The notes beneath the pieces are model-generated. The model saw nothing but the letters and a program-made list of their open reading frames with translations. It searched no databases and was not told where the DNA came from. Shown here piece by piece: positions 47,890 to 50,275 of a DNA stretch of 50,275 nucleotides. Each line of letters opens with the position of its first letter. Position 1 is the stretch's first letter. A program made the translations under genes and the position numbers. The DNA lies in sequence record DRR723986_14832; one strand, written 5' to 3'.

Positions 47890-50274
47890 CTATTGCCTAA
47901 GCAGATTCAGCATACCTCTCCGTATTTCACCTGTTTCACCTACTTCGATCACATATAGGTAAGCTCCGACTGGCATTTCTTTGCCATTGAATATGCCATC
48001 CCACTGTACATCAGGATTCTCTGTATAGAAGACTCGATCTCCTCCCACACTCAAAATCGATATTCGTACGCCTGTATAGTAGCGCAACGCCAGCACACCC
48101 CATGTATCGTTAACACCATCTCCATTCGGCGTGAAGGTGTTTGGCACATCCAATTGGTTAAGCGGAGTTCGCTGTCTGGTTATCTGGAAACTCTTCTCAA
48201 GCACATTTCCTGCTCGGTCAGTCACCTGAAGCAGGATGGTGAATTCGGTTCTGCCTCCTGCCTGCTCAGCACTACTCCAGAAAAGGATACCATCGAGAAC
48301 TTCAAAGAAATCATTGTCCTGAACGCCTTCTGGCAGACTGAACATATGAACGTTATCAGTAGGGTCAATTACCGTGAAGGCTCCAATTTCCTGGAAGTAC
48401 TGATCAGGAGTTCCTATGAAACTATTTGCACTTAAGGATACATCCTGTGGTGCCGACTTGGCCAATACTGTGATTTCCAGAATTGGCTTAAGCTCATCCG
48501 GATTGAACAATCCTTCAGGAAGTTCTACCGTACCCATATAGTTTGTTGTTCCTGAAACTAACGGATCATAACCTGTAAGATCCCATGTTACTGGAAGATT
48601 GATAAATTCACCTTTGCTGGTGATCACTACTACATCTGTTGGTACTTTAAGATCTCCACTTTCAGTTCCCCAAAGTACTTCCAAGCTTTCGTTTACAAAC
48701 TCAGTGACAGATCTTTCCTGCACATAATCAGGATTTCCATCTCCGTCTTCATCTTCGAAGTCAGTACCATCTTCAGGATCTGAGCCTTGTTGCTCTTCCA
48801 CATAATCTGGAACCATATCAACATCAGAATCCAAGTAATCACCTGCATCATCAGGATCAGTTCCCTCTTGCTCTTCCACATAGTCTGGAACTCCGTCACC
48901 GTCAGTATCCAAATAATCCATTGTGTCTTCAGAATCGGTGCCTTGCTCTTCCTCTATATCATCCGGAACACCATCACCATCTGTGTCATTACTTATGATT
49001 TCGAAATCAGCTCCTGTAAAGTCTATGGTATAATTAGAACCAGCGTCTAAAGTCCCGATATTAATCGCATAGGTTCCTATACCCTCCCCAAGTTCTCTGG
49101 ATAAGGTTCCTGTTAATATATTTTCATCATCTCCAACTCCAAATCCAGAAGCAGAAAAAGTCAATACCGGATCAGCTTCTCCATACAACTTATTCTGATC
49201 TGCATCGGCTATCACTTCCAGAATCGCTTTGGTGATTTCTAAATCTGCAGTAAGCTCAAAGGATGTGAAATTACTTCCAGAAATAGTTGCGGTAACTTCT
49301 TGAAGGCCTACATCGGTTCTGCTATTATTAGTATAAGCTACAGATGCTCCAAGTGGTAAAGCTCCTGTAATCGCCAACGACTTAGCTGTACCGTCATAAA
49401 CAAATGAGTTATCTTCAAAGCTAATTCCTATTATAGACGCTGGAGTAATTGTGAGATCTGCCATTAAGACTAGGTTTATGTAATTGGAACCACTTATGGT
49501 AGCAGTTACTTCCTGCATTCCAACATCCGTCCTAGAATTATTAGCATAAGCTACAGATGTACCTGTTGGAAGCGTTCCTGAAATTGCCAAGGATTTAGCT
49601 GTACCGTCATAAACAAAGCTTCCATCTGCCAGTGTAATGCCAGTGATTAGTGCTTTGGTTATCGCAAAGTTTGCTCCGACGTAATTGATGGCATAGTTAG
49701 CACCAGCATTCAATGTTCCAAGGCTTATTGCATAGCTACCAACGTTTTCTCCTGCTGCTCTAGCAAGTTCCCCTGTCAGAATAGCGTTAGTATCTCCATT
49801 CTCAAATCCATTCACTGAATAGGTAAATACAGGGTCAGTCGTTCCAAATACCTTACTTTGTCCTGCATCAGCAGTAATATTCAATACTTTAGCAGCAATC
49901 TCAAAGTCAGCTGAAGTAAAGCTGATCGTATAGTTTCCTCCGGCACTTAGACTGCCCAAATTGATTGGATACATTCCTATATTCTCACCAGGAGTTCTAC
50001 TTAATGTACCGGTTAGGAATGCATGGGTATCGCCGTTGCCAAAATTGCTTGCCATGAAAGTCAATACTGGATCAGGCTGTCCATAGACTTTCGCTTGGTT
50101 TGGATTTGCAGTAATAAACAAGGTACGCTTGGTGATCTCAAAATCAGCCGAATTAAAGTTAATCGTATAGTTACCACCCGCATCGATAGTTCCTGGCTGT
50201 ATAGCGTAAAAACCTACGTCTTCTCCAGCTATTCTGATCAGTAACCCAGTAAGGATCGCACCAGTATCACCATT
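47890..50274 (-). CDS. Large T9SS type-B CTD surface protein with MBG repeats and Ca-binding DxDGDG repeats (5' end outside window)
   Basis: Frame is open to the window edge; repeated 'K.YG..DP.LT..GTL.R..GE.G.Y.I..G.L.AG.NY.I.F.ADFEI'; C-terminal VPNTFTPNGDGVNDTW..WDG..G.Y.Y. Confidence 0.93.
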   Translation of the reverse strand, partial: NGDTGAILTGLLIRIAGEDVGFYAIQPGTIDAGGNYTINFNSADFEITKRTLFITANPNQAKVYGQPDPVLTFMASNFGNGDTHAFLTGTLSRTPGENIGMYPINLGSLSAGGNYTISFTSADFEIAAKVLNITADAGQSKVFGTTDPVFTYSVNGFENGDTNAILTGELARAAGENVGSYAISLGTLNAGANYAINYVGANFAITKALITGITLADGSFVYDGTAKSLAISGTLPTGTSVAYANNSRTDVGMQEVTATISGSNYINLVLMADLTITPASIIGISFEDNSFVYDGTAKSLAITGALPLGASVAYTNNSRTDVGLQEVTATISGSNFTSFELTADLEITKAILEVIADADQNKLYGEADPVLTFSASGFGVGDDENILTGTLSRELGEGIGTYAINIGTLDAGSNYTIDFTGADFEIISNDTDGDGVPDDIEEEQGTDSEDTMDYLDTDGDGVPDYVEEQEGTDPDDAGDYLDSDVDMVPDYVEEQQGSDPEDGTDFEDEDGDGNPDYVQERSVTEFVNESLEVLWGTESGDLKVPTDVVVITSKGEFINLPVTWDLTGYDPLVSGTTNYMGTVELPEGLFNPDELKPILEITVLAKSAPQDVSLSANSFIGTPDQYFQEIGAFTVIDPTDNVHMFSLPEGVQDNDFFEVLDGILFWSSAEQAGGRTEFTILLQVTDRAGNVLEKSFQITRQRTPLNQLDVPNTFTPNGDGVNDTWGVLALRYYTGVRISILSVGGDRVFYTENPDVQWDGIFNGKEMPVGAYLYVIEVGETGEIRRGMLNLLRQ
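48718..48987 (-). repeat. About 3.5 copies of a 26-aa (78-nt) acidic DxDGDGVPD repeat
   Basis: DTDGDGVPDDIEEEQGTD / DTDGDGVPDYVEEQEGTD / DSDVDMVPDYVEEQQGSD / DEDGDGNPDYVQ. Confidence 0.85.
49223..49648 (-). repeat. Tandem 213-nt (71-aa) domain duplication
   Basis: Identical TTAGCTGTACCGTCATAAACAAA at 49382 and 49595; SFVYDGTAKSLAI..NNSRTDVG.QEVTATISGSN occurs twice. Confidence 0.9.
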
Positions 50275-50275
50275 C

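Noticed and set aside
48718-48987. 78-nt periodic repeats as a CRISPR array
   Set aside because: They are in-frame coding repeats with degenerate third positions, no unique spacers and no cas genes.
55-50244. Numerous 60-150 aa ORFs nested within or antisense to long genes
   Set aside because: They are shadow ORFs of well-supported CDSs with no independent motifs.

Overview
Mostly core chromosome of an AT-rich Bacteroidota genome. T9SS PorP/SprF and type-B CTD genes and TAnnTTTG-type promoters show the phylum; Cytophagales/Cyclobacteriaceae is an inference. The window runs from the 3' end of groEL to a truncated giant T9SS adhesin. It carries addA/addB, dbpA, menB/menE, tex, GH67 and GH95 glycosidases, a PQQ-type dehydrogenase-PKD-cytochrome c fusion, several small enzymes and outer-membrane proteins. 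I saw no rRNA, tRNA, CRISPR array, transposase or integrase. The most notable items are: (i) a tightly coupled operon of a large helical-AAA+-wHTH ATPase, a divergent MscS-like channel and an NhaP/CPA1 antiporter, preceded by a perfect palindrome; (ii) a membrane-anchored receptor-like TIR protein; (iii) a CI/LexA-like HTH-S24 repressor operon with two tandem ATGTT-N9-AACAT boxes over its putative promoter; (iv) a DUF4160-DUF2442 toxin-antitoxin pair whose DUF4160 gene is decayed and missing from the ORF track; (v) several 7/8-bp periodic intergenic arrays and a 126-nt rod-like inverted-repeat element. All family calls come from motif recognition by eye, not database searches.
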